A stretch of 64,000 nucleotides of DNA from Trichodelitschia bisporula (lineage: Eukaryota): contig ML996707.1 in assembly GCA_010356995.1 (NCBI GenBank), positions 310,001-374,000 on the forward strand, given 5' to 3'. The translations under genes and the position numbers were made by a program. A model generated the notes under the pieces. It did no database searches, was not told where the DNA came from, and was given only the letters and a program-made list of their open reading frames with translations. Position 1 is the first letter of the stretch; every line of letters starts with the position of its first letter. Positions 24,283 through 38,312 of this stretch are shown piece after piece.

Positions 24283-25261
24283 GCTGTGTGGGGTGTGGGT
24301 TGCGGTTTTGCGAGGGGGATGAGGAGACGTGAAAGTCGAGATGGAGTTGGAGATGGATGGAAGGCGTGGTCGAGGTAGGGGTGGGGTGGGAGAGGTGAAA
24401 GCGGGGTGTGGGGTGGTGAGCGGAAAGAGAAAGGGCGGTGGGAGGGCGTCGTGGGTTGGGATGGAAGTCGCGATGCTGGCCGAGTGTTTTGCCAAGTCAT
24501 GTCATGTGACAGTTGTGACGGAGTGGAACCGCCAGCCTTGCTTAGGACGACGGATATGGTTGGATGAAATGGCGGAGTGGAGCGGAGTGTGATTGGGTGA
24601 GAGGGGAGGGGAGTGGAGTGGGGAGGGGCGGAAAAGCTTTTATGGTCGGGTGCTGACGTAATCTCCGCTCCGCTGGACTCCGCTCCTCTCCGGGTTTAGG
24701 TCGGAGTCAGGTGACGGAGCATTAAAGAAGCGGACCCATTGCTGAAAGAGTGCGTAGCTGGTCGCCGTCTACAATAATTGATCTCATCGATCATCTTTCC
24801 GTTGCATTTCTCTGTCAAACAATCGTCCATTGCCGAGTGTCAGCGCAATCAATTGGCGCATTGCTATCCACGAAATTCCAAGCGAGAGCTGCGTACAAAC
24901 TGCGCAACGCGTCGTCTGCTGGATTGCCATTTTCCGCGTCTTCCGTTGGCGTCTCTCTTCTCTCTTCTCTCCTCTCCAATCCCCCCACCTCTCAGAGAAT
25001 CCCTCTCCTCCCCTCCCCTCCCCTCCCCCCCCCCAGTCCCCATCCCGCCCATCCGCCCGCTGCTTTTTTTCTTCTTCCCCCTCCTCTCCTCCCCCCTTCC
25101 ATCCTCCTCCCCCTCCAAAAATTCCTCTCCTCCCTCCCCTTTCCTTTCCTCTCCTCTCCACCCAAATCTTCCTCTCCACTCGTATTTTCCCCCAACTTCC
25201 TGCACCTCCACCCCGCGCTCCATAATTGTTCTTCCGCCCCAATTCCGCTCCCATTTTAATC

Positions 25262-26834
25262 ATGGACAGTATTACAACTGTCCAGCACGAACAATCCGTT
25301 CCCCCGGCCGACGCCTCCAATCCACATCTCAAGCGCAAGCGGAGTCCGTCCAACGACACCCTCGCCGCGGCCGCGGCCGCTGCAGCAGCGGCCGCTACGG
25401 CCAACACCTCCGCCAACTCCGCCGCCCATCCACCTCCGCAGAAAGCCGCCAAAACGACGCCGACGCCAACGCCGAATCCACCAGCAACGACAACAAACAC
25501 ACAGCACCTCGCGATCAATTACCTCGCGCGACAGTACAACGAGGACCTGCCGCTCATTTCCAGCGATGACAGTCTCCCTAGCATCCTGCAGCTGCTCGGT
25601 GAGTATGCCGGCGTGCTGGAGCGCCACGAGAGCATGGCGTGCAACCTGGGCGCGCGCCCACTGGGTCCTATTCTGATAAAGCGCTTTGAACGGCTTTTCG
25701 ACGAGCCGCCCAAGGTGCTCAAATGCCATGGCAAGGAGGGCTCGACGGTGACGTGGTTGGACGTGGTGGAGTTTGCGCGCAGCAAGCCGGAGCAGTTCAC
25801 GCTGGGCCAGCGCAGCGAGGGCGCGCGCGTGTGCCAGTTCTACACCAAGCAGTGTCGCGTGCAGATCTCCGAGGAGGATTATGTGCTCATTTCGTCGGGC
25901 ATTCCGCAGAAGATGATTCCGCCGCAGCCCATAATCGAGGATGAGGACAAGGAACTGTTGACGCTTGAGATACTGGAGAAGAACCTCAACTCCATCTGCC
26001 ACATGGCCGACCAAGGTACGTGGTCGCACCTGCCTTCTCTCATACCCAAGCTAACCCACCCCCGCAGTTGCCGCGCGCACCCGCCAACTCCGCCACCGCA
26101 TAACCGGCCGGCGCAACGCCATCCTCGACCGCAGAGCCAACGACACAAGCCTCCCCATCCGCGCCTCCTCCCCCTCGCACAACGGCGCCGCCGGCACCGC
26201 CGCCTCACCCAGTTCCTCCATACTCGCGCAGCTCGCAGCCGCCGCCTCTGCCCCTTCCGCCGGCTTCGTCGCCGTCAACACGCGCTCGTCGGCCGACAAC
26301 CCAGCATCCAATACCCGCTCCCTCCTCGACCGCCTCTTCCCCCAGCCCGACAGGCCGAGCTCGAACGGCGGCGAAGCTACCTCGCCCATTACCCCCGCCG
26401 CGCCCTTCTCCCGCGCCGCCTCCGCGTCCTACAGGCCCGACGACCCGTACGGCGGAACGCCGGGCGCTCAGCAGCGTGCGTCTGCGGGCTCGACACCACA
26501 ACCGACGCCTGTGCCGCAGAAGGACGACGGCGGGCCGTTTAAGACGGAAATGGTACTGAGGATGGATTCGCTACGAAGGGGTGAGCGCGTGCTCCCGCCG
26601 TGCGATAGGTGTCGCAGGTTGCATATGGATTGTATTAAGAATTTGACGGCGTGTCAGGGGTGCACGAAGAAGCATGCTAAGTGTGGGTGGAGGGATGTGC
26701 GCGAGAGCGAGGTTTTTGCGGCGGCGGTGGGGGGGCTGGAGGGCGAGTTTGAGGCGTTGAGTGCGCGGGCGATGGCGGTTGAGGGGTTGGCGGTGGAAGG
26801 GGGTTCGGGGGGGGAGGGTGAGGGCGGGACGTAA
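25262..26834 (+). CDS. Fungal protein with C-terminal Zn2Cys6-like cluster (putative transcription regulator); intron 26016-26067
   Basis: C-terminal PCDRCRRLHMDCIKNLTACQGCTKKHAKC (6 Cys); NLS-like KRKR; GTACGT..CTAAC..CAG intron joins the frames. Confidence 0.75.
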
Positions 26835-27037
26835 TGAATGAGGTACATGGGTGCATAGGGTAGGCGTTTTCGTGGGTTAGGGTAGGGTGCGGGATGCATG
26901 CACGCATGGCATGGGTACGGCGTTACGTAGGCGGGAGCAATGGATACAAAGCCTTTCCCTCCGCCCCTGCAGGAGGTCCGAGGCACACGGGCTTATTATA
27001 CAAAACACACAAGACTTCCCCTGGATGTCGTTCTCCT

Positions 27038-27893
27038 TCAATCGTCCCCCTCATCGCCCCCCTCGTCGTCGCTCTGCGTAGGTCGAGGATTCCAGGGCCG
27101 CCTAGTGCTGCTGCTTTTGGGCGGGGCGCGGGTCGTACTTTTCGGTGAAGGGCGAGGCGTGTTCTTGGGCGGGGGGCGCGTGCTGGTCGGGCGTGTGCTG
27201 CTGCTGCGCGGCGTGCTGGTTGGTCGGCCCCTCGTTGTGCTTGAAGTGCTTGGCGGTTGCGGGGCGAAGTCGTCGTCGCTGGGCCAGGCCGCGGGGGGGG
27301 GNNNNNNNNNNNNNNNNNNNNNNNNNNNNNNNNNNNNNNNNNNNNNNNNNNNNNNNNNNNNNNNNNNNNNNNNNNNNNNNNNNNNNNNNNNNNNNNNNNN
27401 NNNNNNNNNNNNNNNNNNNNNNNNNNNNNNNNNNNNNNNNNNNNNNNNNNNNNNNNNNNNNNNNNNNNNNNNNNNNNNNNNNNNNNNNNNNNNNNNNNNN
27501 NNNNNNNNNNNNNNNNNNNNNNNNNNNNNNNNNNNNNNNNNNNNNNGGATAGGGTTGGTTGGGGGGGGGCGCGGTGAGCGTGACGGTCGAGGCGGTGATT
27601 ATGACTGTCGAGGTGTAGGTTGGGTACGCGTACTCGGTGTCGTCGGGGGTCCAGGAGGGGGTGAAGGTGCGGGTTGGGGGGTTGGTGGTGCGGGGGGGGT
27701 TGCGGAAGGAGGTTGACCAGACTGTGCGGTTTTGAGGTCAGTGTGGGCTTTTGGGGAGAGGGTTAGGGGATGGGAAAGGGATAGGGAGCGGACTTTGTGG
27801 CTCTGGCGTGGGCGCTGGATCGGCCTCTGGCTCCGGTGCCGCGAGGGGCAGCGCGGCGGCGAGCGAGGCGAAGAGCAGAATGGCGGCGCGCAT
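27038..27893 (-). CDS. Secreted Pro/Ser/Thr-rich protein, interrupted by an assembly gap; one intron near 27723-27793
   Basis: Signal peptide MRAAILLFASLAAALPLA plus PEPEADP propeptide-like stretch; post-gap frame PPAAWPSDDDF...STTRAPPKSSSTRRPW...DEGDD*; TATATAA ~90 nt upstream. Confidence 0.6.
27302..27546. other. Assembly gap (245 N)
   Basis: Run of N flanked by G-rich sequence. Confidence 1.
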
Positions 27894-28240
27894 GGCTAAC
27901 GAGCGTGGAACCTCAGATCGCAGGTAACTGAGGAAAGGAGCGGCGGCGCACGGATGCGACCGCACCGGCGGCGACGGCCATTATATACCAAGGGCCTGGA
28001 GGGGGTCGGTTGCGATCGGCTTGGGGGGTTTATATTGCGCCCAGAGGGGGGTGACCGGGTGGATGTTTTTATGTGTCTTGTGAACGGGCGCGGCGATGGG
28101 TGCACGGCGTGAGGTGGGCGGGTGCGGGTGGGTCATTTCGCGGGATTGGGAGCTGGGATGGGGGGGTGCGTGGCCACCCTAGAGTTATAGTTGGTATACT
28201 GTATGGATTGGGTGATGGGGAGATGAGGGCGAGATGGGGA

Positions 28241-28262
28241 GGGGGGGGGGGGGGGGGGGGGG
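28241..28262 (+). repeat. Poly-G tract (22 nt)
   Basis: Direct read. Confidence 0.9.
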
Positions 28263-28657
28263 AGTGCGGAGAAGTCTAGAACTAGAACTGGGTGCCGGGG
28301 AACGGTCAGGTACGGCGGCCTGTGTGCTGAGCGATGTGTAGGCGATTGAAGGATCGATCGAGATTCCAATGCCTCATACTTCAGCATGTTGGGCCTGATG
28401 CTTTTTTCCTTCGCTTCGGTTTTGATTCCCGTGCTGTCTCCGACAGCGAGCTCCGCCCGGCGAGCGGCCGCCTTGTCCTCGTCAGCGCATAGTCGCACCG
28501 TTCGACAGCGTACTTGGCGGCTTTGCCCGTCCGGGCCTCATTCGCGCGGTAATGCGCCATCCAAGACGCCAGATGGGGGGGTAATATGGAGTGCATTTAT
28601 TATAGGGCTTTGGCGGACGTGATGCTGGGGGGGGTGGTGGATATGTCCCGCGGAGGG

Positions 28658-28713
28658 CACGTGGCGAGGCTGGGCAGCCTTGTTGGGCGGCGGAGTCACG
28701 TGGGCTGACGTCA
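28658..28713. promoter_or_regulatory. Candidate stress-response module: CACGTG (28658, 28697) and a perfect CRE TGACGTCA (28706-28713) upstream of the dehydrin-like gene
   Basis: Consensus matches about 420-475 nt upstream of ATG 29133; function inferred. Confidence 0.45.
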
Positions 28714-29132
28714 TGAGAAGTTGACTTTTTGAGTGCTTGTGAGGGTGTGGGGTGATGAGGGTGGAAAGGAGCGTTGTCGTAGCCAAATGGCTTAAGATAT
28801 AGGCGTTGGAGGCTTTGTGAGGTATTTCCTGGGCCTTCGGTAAAGAGACGGGGAAAGGGAGATGCGCCAGGCCGATGGTTGGCATGGGCGCTTGCTCCAT
28901 TTGGCGGGATGACGTCTGATATCCAATCCAACTCCAGCCTAGCCCCTCCTCTTGTCCCTCCCTGCAACATTACTTGCAACACAACCTCCTCCATTCCTGC
29001 TTTTCACCACCCCTCCTCTATTCCCTGAGAAAGCTCTTTAAATACCTTTCATCTCTACTTGTTTCTCCATCTTTCAAACAGCAGATTGTCGATTGCTGGG
29101 TTCATCCTTGAACACCACCCGCTCCATTCATC

Positions 29133-32100
29133 ATGAATTCGTTGAGAAACATCCTGTACGTTTGCCCTTGTTTGCTTGCTGTTGCTTGCTGGTGACGACG
29201 TTGCTGATACTTTATACTACAGACACCCTGGCTACAAGAATGACGAGGAGATCTTGTACGGCAATCGTAAGCCAGAGCCTAAGCCTGGACGCGGAGATAT
29301 GCCGCATGGTGCGGGGAATTCGTCCGCTGTTGCTGCAGCAGACACGGCCATGAAGATGCAGTAAGGTCATTGAACGAGGCGATGATACACATAGCTGACA
29401 ATGGCAGTCCGGAGAGCGCACACGCCGCACCGGTAGGACAGCAGCACGAGGCCACAGCTACTACCAACGACACACAACATCCATCCCGGAGCCCCGTCCA
29501 GCGACATCATGATCGGCCCGAGGAAGTAGCTGGCATCGGCCATGGTCAACCAAGTGAGAAGATAGTGTGAGTCGCTCCCCCTTCGATCCTTCCCGCCGTC
29601 TCGATGCACGGTCGATCGCACGGTGATCACTTCATGTCAGATTCTGACATTCTACCAATGACAGGCACGAAGATCCTCACTCTGGCCCCGGCCGTCAATC
29701 AACCACGGCACCGACCACCCAACACCCTGAAAGCGACCACCGGCACACCCTGGCCGGCACCACCGCCAGCCAAAGCCATCCCGACCGTCCAAAGTCGACC
29801 GACAACCAAACCAATGCGAGCATCAAGTCCGGCACTGTGGGCCGCGCACCGAAATCAGGTCTCGACCAAGAAGGCAGCGAATTCCACCGTGACACCGAAG
29901 CTGCTCTTGCAGCGGCTACAGGCACGGTAGCGGTTACAGGCGTGTCAGGCAGTCGCTTCAAGGAACACGGCCTCGGTGACACTCATGGCCAGTCCGACGC
30001 TCAAGGCCAGCGCCGGGACGTCCCCACTGCCTCCACCGCAGTTCCTTCTAATGAGGCACGCTCCTCCGGCCCTGCTCCAAATACCGTTGGCCCGCACAAG
30101 AGCGACATCCTCAACGTCATTGACCCTCGTGTGCTGCCCGTCCCGGAACTCCAGAAGAGCAACCGCGCCCAGCCTACTGCTACTGATCCTGCGCCTCACA
30201 CCGTTGGTCCGCACTCTAGCGATGCTCTCAACGTGCTCGACCCGCGTGTGCTGCCGCAGCCGGAGAAGCAAAAGGGCAACCGCTCGGGTTCGACGACGGA
30301 AGACCCAGCCCCGCACACCGTCGGCCCGCACAAGAGCGACGCCCTGAACGTGCTAGACCCGCGCGTGCAACCACAGCCGCAGAAGATGAAGGATCAGCAC
30401 CTGCATATCCCAGGGGAATATCCGGAAACCCCGCAGCAGGAGATGGATGATCCGCACAACGCACCGCACAAGGAGACGCATGACTCGTCCAGTCATGGGC
30501 TGAAGGGTCTCCTAGCCGGTGCGGGTATTCTCGGTGCGGGGAAGAAGCTTGCTCATCGCGAGAAACAGGGCGAGAAACGGGACCAACCGTTTGGCGGCGA
30601 TAATACCCAGGAGTATCATGACCACCAGGACCCGAATCCGTATACGTCCAAGCCGGTTGATCCGCGGGTTGGGAGTGTGCGCGGCCGGAAGGAAACAACG
30701 AGCCCTAAGCAGGAGACTGGGCATCACTATGGTCGCGATGCGGCGGTGGCTGGTGCTGGTGCCGGTGCGGTACTGGGCGTACATGAGCTGAAGAATCGCA
30801 AGAGCCACGAGGATCCGGCTCAGCCGAGCGCCGTCCACTCGGCTCGTGATACTGACGCAGTGAGACACTCCGGCGAGATGGAGCAGCGTGGCAAGCACCT
30901 TCCCGGTGAGACGGGAACCCACAGCGAGCACCACTACGGCCGGGATGCCGCCATCGCAGGCACCGGTGGAGCAGCGGGCGCGCATGCCCTGCGGCATCAC
31001 GATGCGCAGGATGATCTCCGCCATCCGACTGAAGAGACACATGCTCCCAAGCCAGTCGAGCAGACCGCTAACCCCGCCCCGCAAGCCCTCAGCGGACCGC
31101 AAGTTCTCAGCGGAGCGGGCGCTCACGAGCAGACGCAACCCCCAAAAGAGTCCCACCACTACGGCCGTGACGCTGGTCTCCTCGGTGGGGGGGCCGCTGC
31201 GGCGGGTGCCTACGCCCGCCATCATAACGACCAGGAGGGCGACCTGACTCAACACCAATATAACGGTCTGGTGGGCAAGACGCATGAATCCCAGCCGGTT
31301 GGCCAGACAGCTTACGCTGCCCCGCAGTCGCACGGCGGAGTGGGTGCTCGTGAGCAGACGCATCAGCCAAAGGAGTCGCACCATTACGGCCGCGATGCAG
31401 GTCTCCTCGGTGGCGGTGCCGCTGCCGCAGGTGCCTATGCCCACCACCATAACGACGAAAAGGATAGGGCACATGGATCCCAGGCAGTCGACCAGACGGC
31501 CTATGCTGCCCCGCAAACTCACAGCGGCGCAGGTGCCCATGAGCAGATGCAGAAGCCTAAGGAGTCCCACCATTACGGCCGTGACGCAGGCCTCCTCGGT
31601 GGCGGCGCTGCTGCCGCAGGTGCCTATTCCCACCATCATGATGGACAGCAGAGCACGGCACAGGGTCCCCAGTCGGTCGATCAGAAGACCTACGCCGCGT
31701 TACAAGCACACAGCGGAGTAGATACTCACGATCAGACGCGTCATCCGCAGGAGTCCCACCACTATGGTCGTGATGCTGCTGTCCTCGGAGGCGCCACCGG
31801 GGCGGGTGCCTATGCCGCCCACCACCTCAACGATCAGCACAGCACGACACATGCGTCCCAGCCGACCACTACCCAGCAAGCTCACAGCTCAATGGGTGCT
31901 CACGAGCAGACGCATCACCCACAAGAGTCTCACCACTACGGCCGCGATGCCGCCGTCCTCGGTGGCGGCGCCGCTGCGGCGGGTGCATACGGCCATCATC
32001 ATAACGATCAACAGAGCACGGCGCATACATCCCAGCCGGCCACTACCCAACAAGCTCGCAGCGGAGCGGGGGCCCATGATCAGACGCGCCACCCACAAGA

Positions 32101-32875
32101 GTCCCACCATTATGGTCGTGATGCTGCCGTCCTCGGCAGCGGTGCCGCCGCCGCAGGTGCCTACGCGCACCACCACAACGACCAGCAGCGCACATCGCAG
32201 CCTACTCACGATAGCGGACACCACCCCGTTCAAGCCGCCGATCCCACACATCCTGCCCAAGGCCGCGACCCCATCGACGTGCTCTCCACCTCTCACACGC
32301 TCGAAGGGTACTCCGACCAACGCGCCTCCTTCCACGGCGCACACGGCGCCGGCAACGCCGATCTACACCCCGGCTTCGCAGCCGCGCCCGTGCTAGGCGC
32401 CGGGGCTGCTCCGCGGCTTGCGGAGCATGTTGCCGAGCACAGGCACGAACCCACGCATGAGCATGGGGCTGAGCCGGTGCGCGAGTCGCTAGATTCGGAT
32501 CGGGAGGGGCATGGCCGGGGGGATAGGAAGAAGAAGAGGCGGAGTATTCTTGGGTTTTTGCATAGGGATAAGCATCATGATGAGGAGCGGCACCATGATG
32601 AGGATGGTAGTGTAGCGACTGGACATGGGCATGGTGGTGATGGCGCGATCGGGCCGGCGCCTGGGATTGCGGTGCCGGGTGGTGTGGCCCCGGGTGCCGG
32701 GGCGGCGGCGGCGAGTGCGAGTATGGCGGCTGTGCCGTCGGGTGCGCCGGTGGGGCCGCAGGTTGTGAATGCGAAGCATCCAGTTGTTGAGCAGCGGGAT
32801 GATGGGCGGAATAGGCTGCATAAGGATCCGCCGGCGAAGTATCAGGCCGGGAGCGGGAGGGGTTCGGCTTTTTAG
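29133..32875 (+). CDS. Large hydrophilic dehydrin-like (DPR-repeat) stress protein with 8 HHYGRDA repeats; 3 introns in the 5' part (29156-29222, ~29361-29408, ~29567-29664)
   Basis: Three TVGPHxSDxLNVxDPRV repeats plus a PVDPRV (fungal DPR motif); eight HHYGRDA(A/G) repeats; C-terminal GRNRLHKDPP; spliced N-terminus MNSLRNILHPGYKNDEEILYG. Confidence 0.82.
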
Positions 32876-33421
32876 GGGTGCGTTGTGAGGGCGTTGGTGC
32901 ATGTACGTTTTTAGGCGAATGGTAATGATGACGGCTTTAGTTCTTGAAATGAATTGGTGTGGTTTGAATCTTGCGAGTGAATGTGATGCCGTGAGGCTGT
33001 AAGGGGGATAAGCCGTGAGGTACCATACAGGCAAGAGCATGAAGCAGCGGTCCAAAGGTACGAGTATGTTTGGGAGGACTATTTTCCGCCGAGCCACAAG
33101 ATTTTAATGTGCTGTAGATGTGCTAGTACGCAAGCCCCGAGAAACCCGATCTCGCATGTAGGACAATCTCCCCGCGGCGTCTGTACCCCAAACATGCCAA
33201 TCCCGGTCTCCCAAATCAAGGGCCCTATCCCGCATGCCCCCGGGTCATGGAATGCCCTCAGCGCTCCCGCTCCATATAAACATATGAGTATATACTCGGA
33301 GTTCATGGCCCACCTCTAATTATACTGCCGGGCGTAGCCAGTTTCTTCAACACCATATAGTCTGCTTTAAATGTAGTGCACCGCTGCGGCGCCGTCTTGT
33401 GGAAATCCGGTCTCTTTCGCG

Positions 33422-35672
33422 ATGTTGCTCCTCAGCCTCGCCTTGCTGCTCCCCCTGGGCGCAGCCTTGCGCCCGCGCGCGCTGAACATCTCATACTCCG
33501 ACCTCCTGGAGTACACGAACACAGGGAACACAAACGTCGCGCTGAAAATACACACCAAGAACACAGCCGCACGGAATGCTACTGCGCCGTTCGTCCCCCC
33601 AGCTTCCCCCTTCCCCATTCCTCACTAACCCGGTAGGCATCTCTACGGCCTAATGTTCGAAGACATATCCCACTCCGGCGACGGCGGGATCTACGCCGAA
33701 CTGCTCCGGAACCGCGCCTTCCAGGGAAGCGACGGTAACACCGGGCCGAATCTAGACGGGTGGACGCCGATCGGGGGTGCGAAGCTTAGTCTCGACCGCT
33801 TACACCCGATTTCCGATGCGCTGCCTGTGAATCTCCAGGTCGATGTTCCGCAGGGTGCGAGGGGGGAGGTTGGGTTTCAGAATACCGGTATGTGGTCCTG
33901 GGGCGAGTGGGGAAGGAGGGACTGACGGGGATAGGCTGGTGGGGGATTGATGTCCGGCGGCAGACATACACAGCCAGTTTCTACGTGCTCGCCAATGAGC
34001 CGAAGCAGAAGGGCCGCGCTGCGAGTCTTCGCGCGAGCATACGCTCGAAAACTGGCACCCAGTTCGGCAGTGCCGCAGTCGCCAAACGCGTGTGGCCGAC
34101 GGCGGAGTGGACGCGGGTTGAGCTTCCCATCACGGTGACGCAAAAGGCGTCGAATGAGAATAATACGTTTGTAGTTACGTTTGACGGGGCGGAGACGGCG
34201 GGGATGACGTTGTACTTCCAGCTCATATCCCTCTTTCCGGAAACGTACAAAGGGAGGAAGAATGGACTGAGGAAGGACCTCGCGGAGGCGTTTGCTGACC
34301 TCAAGCCGAGCTTTTTGAGATTCCCTGGGGGAAACAATCTCGAAGGTGAGAGCGTGCAGACGCGCTGGCGGTGGTGGAAAACGATCGGCCCGCTCACCGA
34401 GCGCCCCGGCAGGTGGGCAAATTGGGGGTACTAGTAAGTCTCCCCTTTCCCCTTTTTCTCAGGTGGGTACTGATGCCAGCGAAGCAACACCGACGGCCTC
34501 GGCCTCCTCGAATACCTCGAGTGGTGCGCCGACATGTCCATCGAGCCCGTCCTCGCCATCTGGGCCGGCTTCAGCCTCGACCGGTACGGGAGCAGCGGCA
34601 CCTCCATCCACCCCAACGCCATGGAGCCCGTCGTCCAAGAAGCGCTCGACGAGCTCGAGTACTGCATGGGCGGGCCGGAGACAAAATACGGCGCGTTGCG
34701 GGCGGCGCATGGACACCCCGCCCCGTTCAGGATCAACTACGTGGAAATCGGGAACGAGGACTGGTTCTCGCGGTCGTATGGATATCGTTTCCGCGCGCTG
34801 TACACCGGGCTCAAGGCGCGGTATCCGAATATCACGTATGTGAGCACGCAGTGGGATGAGGTGGGTGGGGTGAAGATGGAGTTACCGCCGGGAGCGATGT
34901 GGGACACGCACCACTACGAAGAACCGCACTACTTCCTCAAGAACTTTGATTTTTACGATAACTGGCAGTTGCGGACCGGGAACAAAGGCGTCGGGGTCCT
35001 GCTCGGGGAATACAGCGTCTACCAATCCGACACGCCGTCCGGCGCCGTCAACTTCCAGAACCCGCCGGACAAACACGTGTTCTACCCGCAGATGCTGAGC
35101 GCGATAGCGGAGGGAGTGTACGCCCTGGGGGGTGAGCGGAATCCGCATACTGTGAAGATGAGCAGCTATGCCCCCTCTTTGCAGAATCTGAACAGGTATA
35201 ATTGGACGCCGAATATGATCCAGTTTACGGCGCATCATGATAGGACGGTTTTGAGCACTAGTTACTGGCAGCAGTGGATGTTTGCGAGGTATCGCGGGAC
35301 GCATACGCTGCCGGTTACAAATACGGGCGGGTTAAATCCGCTGTATTGGGCGGCGGCTATTGATGAGCGGGCGAAGGTGGTGTATCTCAAGGTTGGTGTG
35401 CGAGGAAGTCGGGACGAGGACATGCTGACGGGGAATAGGTGATCAATGCCGGCAAGGACGTAGCGAACCTTGCCGTGGACATCGACACGCCGTATTCGGC
35501 GGTTAACGGAACCATTCTCTCGGCCGAGGACGCCAAGGCTTTCAACTTCGTGGACCATCAGACGTCCGTCGTGCCGAGGCCGCTCAGCCTGCCGGCGCAG
35601 AAGTCGAGCACTGGCAACTTCAACTGGAAGGTGCCGGCATTCTCGATTACGGTCTTGCAGTTCAATTTGTAG
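33422..35672 (+). CDS. Secreted alpha-L-arabinofuranosidase, GH51; 4 introns
   Basis: Signal peptide; LYGLMFEDISHSGDGGIYAELLRNRAFQ; LRFPGGNNLEG; YVEIGNEDW (acid/base); LLGEYS (nucleophile); SYAPSL. Confidence 0.93.
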
Positions 35673-35880
35673 AGACCTGGGAGAGCGACTGTATCATACC
35701 GCTTCTGAATCCATAAGGTTGAAACGAACCTTCTGCTTTGATATCTCGGAATGACGACCCATGATCATGGGATCACGACGTATTCAATGCGATGATGGAC
35801 ACAGTTGATCCGCGCAGTGCTTCAATAGCAGCTGTATCGACAGTCCCAACCGATTGATCATACTGTAAAAACCGACCTCC

Positions 35881-38312
35881 CTAATTCCCCTTATTCCCCC
35901 TCTTCCCCCCCCTCTTCTGCCGATCCACATGCCCGCGCAACGCCTTCCTCACATCCCCCAAACTCCTCTTCCCCTTCTTCTTCGCCTTCCCCAGCGTCAT
36001 AAGGAAATTCTTTTCTCGCTCCTTCTCCTTATTAGTCGTACTCTTCCCCTCATTCCGCTTTTTCTCCTTCCGCTTCGCCGTCGTGCTCTGGTGCTTCTCA
36101 TCCCGGTCTGCCCGCGCCCCCGCTATACGCTCCTCTTTCGTCTGCTTGTATGACATCTTGGCTAGACCCTCGATTGCTTCTGCTGTCAGCGGGTCGTCTG
36201 CGTGTCTGGTAGCGGCTGCTGCGGCGGCGGCTTTGCGTTTGTGCGGCGGGAGGGCTGCCGTGACGGCGGCCGTGGCCTGAAGTTCGCGCAACTTCAAGAG
36301 ATCGGCGGGCGTCAGGATACGTGTAGTCGCCAGTTTCGACGGCTTGGACTCGACAGCCTCAGCCGTAGTCGCCGCAGCTCCGTCCTCCAGCTTCGACTTC
36401 TTCGCCGGGCGCCCCTCGTCCTCCGAGTCACTAATCTCGATATCCGGCCCGTCGCTCTCGACGTCAATCCAGCCACCCGAGTCATCGCTAGCATCCGACT
36501 CGGCATCCCAGTTGTTCCAACCTGCCTCTTCATCCTCCTTCTCCTCCTGCTCCTCTTCCGAGTCCTCATCATCAGTCGCAAGGCCCTTCTCTTCACGCTT
36601 CTTCTGCCGCTGCTCTGCCTTCCACTTCTCCAGCAACTCAATACCCTCAATCGTAACATCGGTCTGCTGCTCACCAAAACGCAGCTCCTTACGCGTGCCC
36701 GTCTGAATCGCGATCGCCGCATCGCGTCCACGGTCCCGCTTCTTCAGCATATCGGCCGCAACTTCGCGGTACAGGCTGAGTAAACCCTTGGCCGCCATGA
36801 CAACGCCCTTGTCCTTGCTCTTGCGGTACATGACCAAGTCCTGCAGCAGCGTGTCGTTCATAGCCAACGGCTGGCGGGCGCACACCTCGCGGATGCCGTT
36901 GAGCCCGGCGGTCGCGACCTCAGACGAGGAAGCCTCGGAGACGAACTCGTTGGCGATTTTCTGGATGAGCGGTTGGAGCGAGTCGGGTGGTACGAGAGGA
37001 TGACTGGCTTGTGCGAGGCAGGCGAGAAAGGTGGTGACGGAGGGCTGGCGTGGGGTGAGGTATTTCAGGAAGTAGGAGTAGAGGCTGATGATGGTGAGCC
37101 TATGCAGGCCGACAAGGCGCGTGACTAGCTGCAGGACCAGGAGTTTTTGCTCGAGATTGAGCTTCGACTTGACGGTCTGCAGGTGCTTCTGGAACAGCTC
37201 TTCGGCAAAGCCTTGCGGATCGTGGAGGAGGTGAAGGGCGGAGAAGTTGAGCTGGGTTGGCGTCTGCTTCTTGCGTTCTTTCTGTTGACTGTTAGTATAT
37301 CCTAAGCCGACTGTACGTAGTGCATACCTTCTTGGCCATCACGGCAGCCTGTCTCAGTGCGTTCTCACGCTTCTTGGTCTTCTTGTTGATGCCGACCTGA
37401 TGCTTGAGCTTGCCCATATCAATCGTCTCATCCTCATCACTGCTGTCGTCCTCCGCGTCTTCCCGCTCCTTGTCAGATCCCAGGAAGAACCTGACCCCAC
37501 CAGCCACCAGCTTCTCATTCTCTGCCAGACTCGCCTCTTTCATGATCTCAACAGCCTTGGCCTCCGTCCACACCTGCCGCTTCCACAGCTCGCGAGTGAT
37601 CTTAATCGACCACAGACCCTTCGATGATATCCTATCGCTCACAACCAAGTTGTAGAGGACAGTTTGCATATTCCGGTTCAGCTTGTGGTTGGTACCCTTC
37701 GTGTTCGCGGACCGAATATCGGATACGATCTTCTGCAGGAGGAAAGCGCGGAGGGACTTGCTTCGCGTAGTAATGAGGATCGGGAAGAGGCTGTTCAGTA
37801 ACCTGGACCTTGTCAGCACGTATCCCGCGTCCATTCTCGGCAGCACCCACGTTATCGAGTCGATAATGTCCTTATTCCGCAGTAACACCAAGCTCCCAAC
37901 CACCTTCTCCCGCAGCTCAGGCTCGAGTTCAGCATGATGGTCGCTCAAAAGGTCCATCAGATTCTGGGGGAACGACTTGGTCAAGTCGGGATAGCACTCG
38001 GCGACATGGGCGACGAAGTCGATATACTCGCGCAGCGAGATGATGCTGCTGCCATCCGTCGACGACGGCGACTGCAAGAAGATAGCATACATGGACTCAT
38101 ACTGAGAGAACTGGTGCACAAAATTGTCGCGATATGAGCTATCCCAATTAGCTCCAGCGCAAAGCGTCCGGTGGAGGTCTTACAGAGGATCGCGGCGGAT
38201 TTTGTTCTGCAGATTCGGTCTGAAGTGTGTCAGTGCCAGCTACCGAGATGGTTCGGAGTATTTACAAGTCTGCTTCGACCTTTTCGAGTGCGCCAACTTT
38301 GCGTTTGCCCAT
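35881..38312 (-). CDS. SDA1: Sda1, 60S ribosome biogenesis protein; several short introns
   Basis: MGKRKVGALEKVEADL|PNLQNKIRRDP; LNFSALHLLHDPQGFAE; ELWKRQVW; KDKGVVMAAKGLLSLYREV; GKSTTNKEKEREKNFLMTL. Confidence 0.93.
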
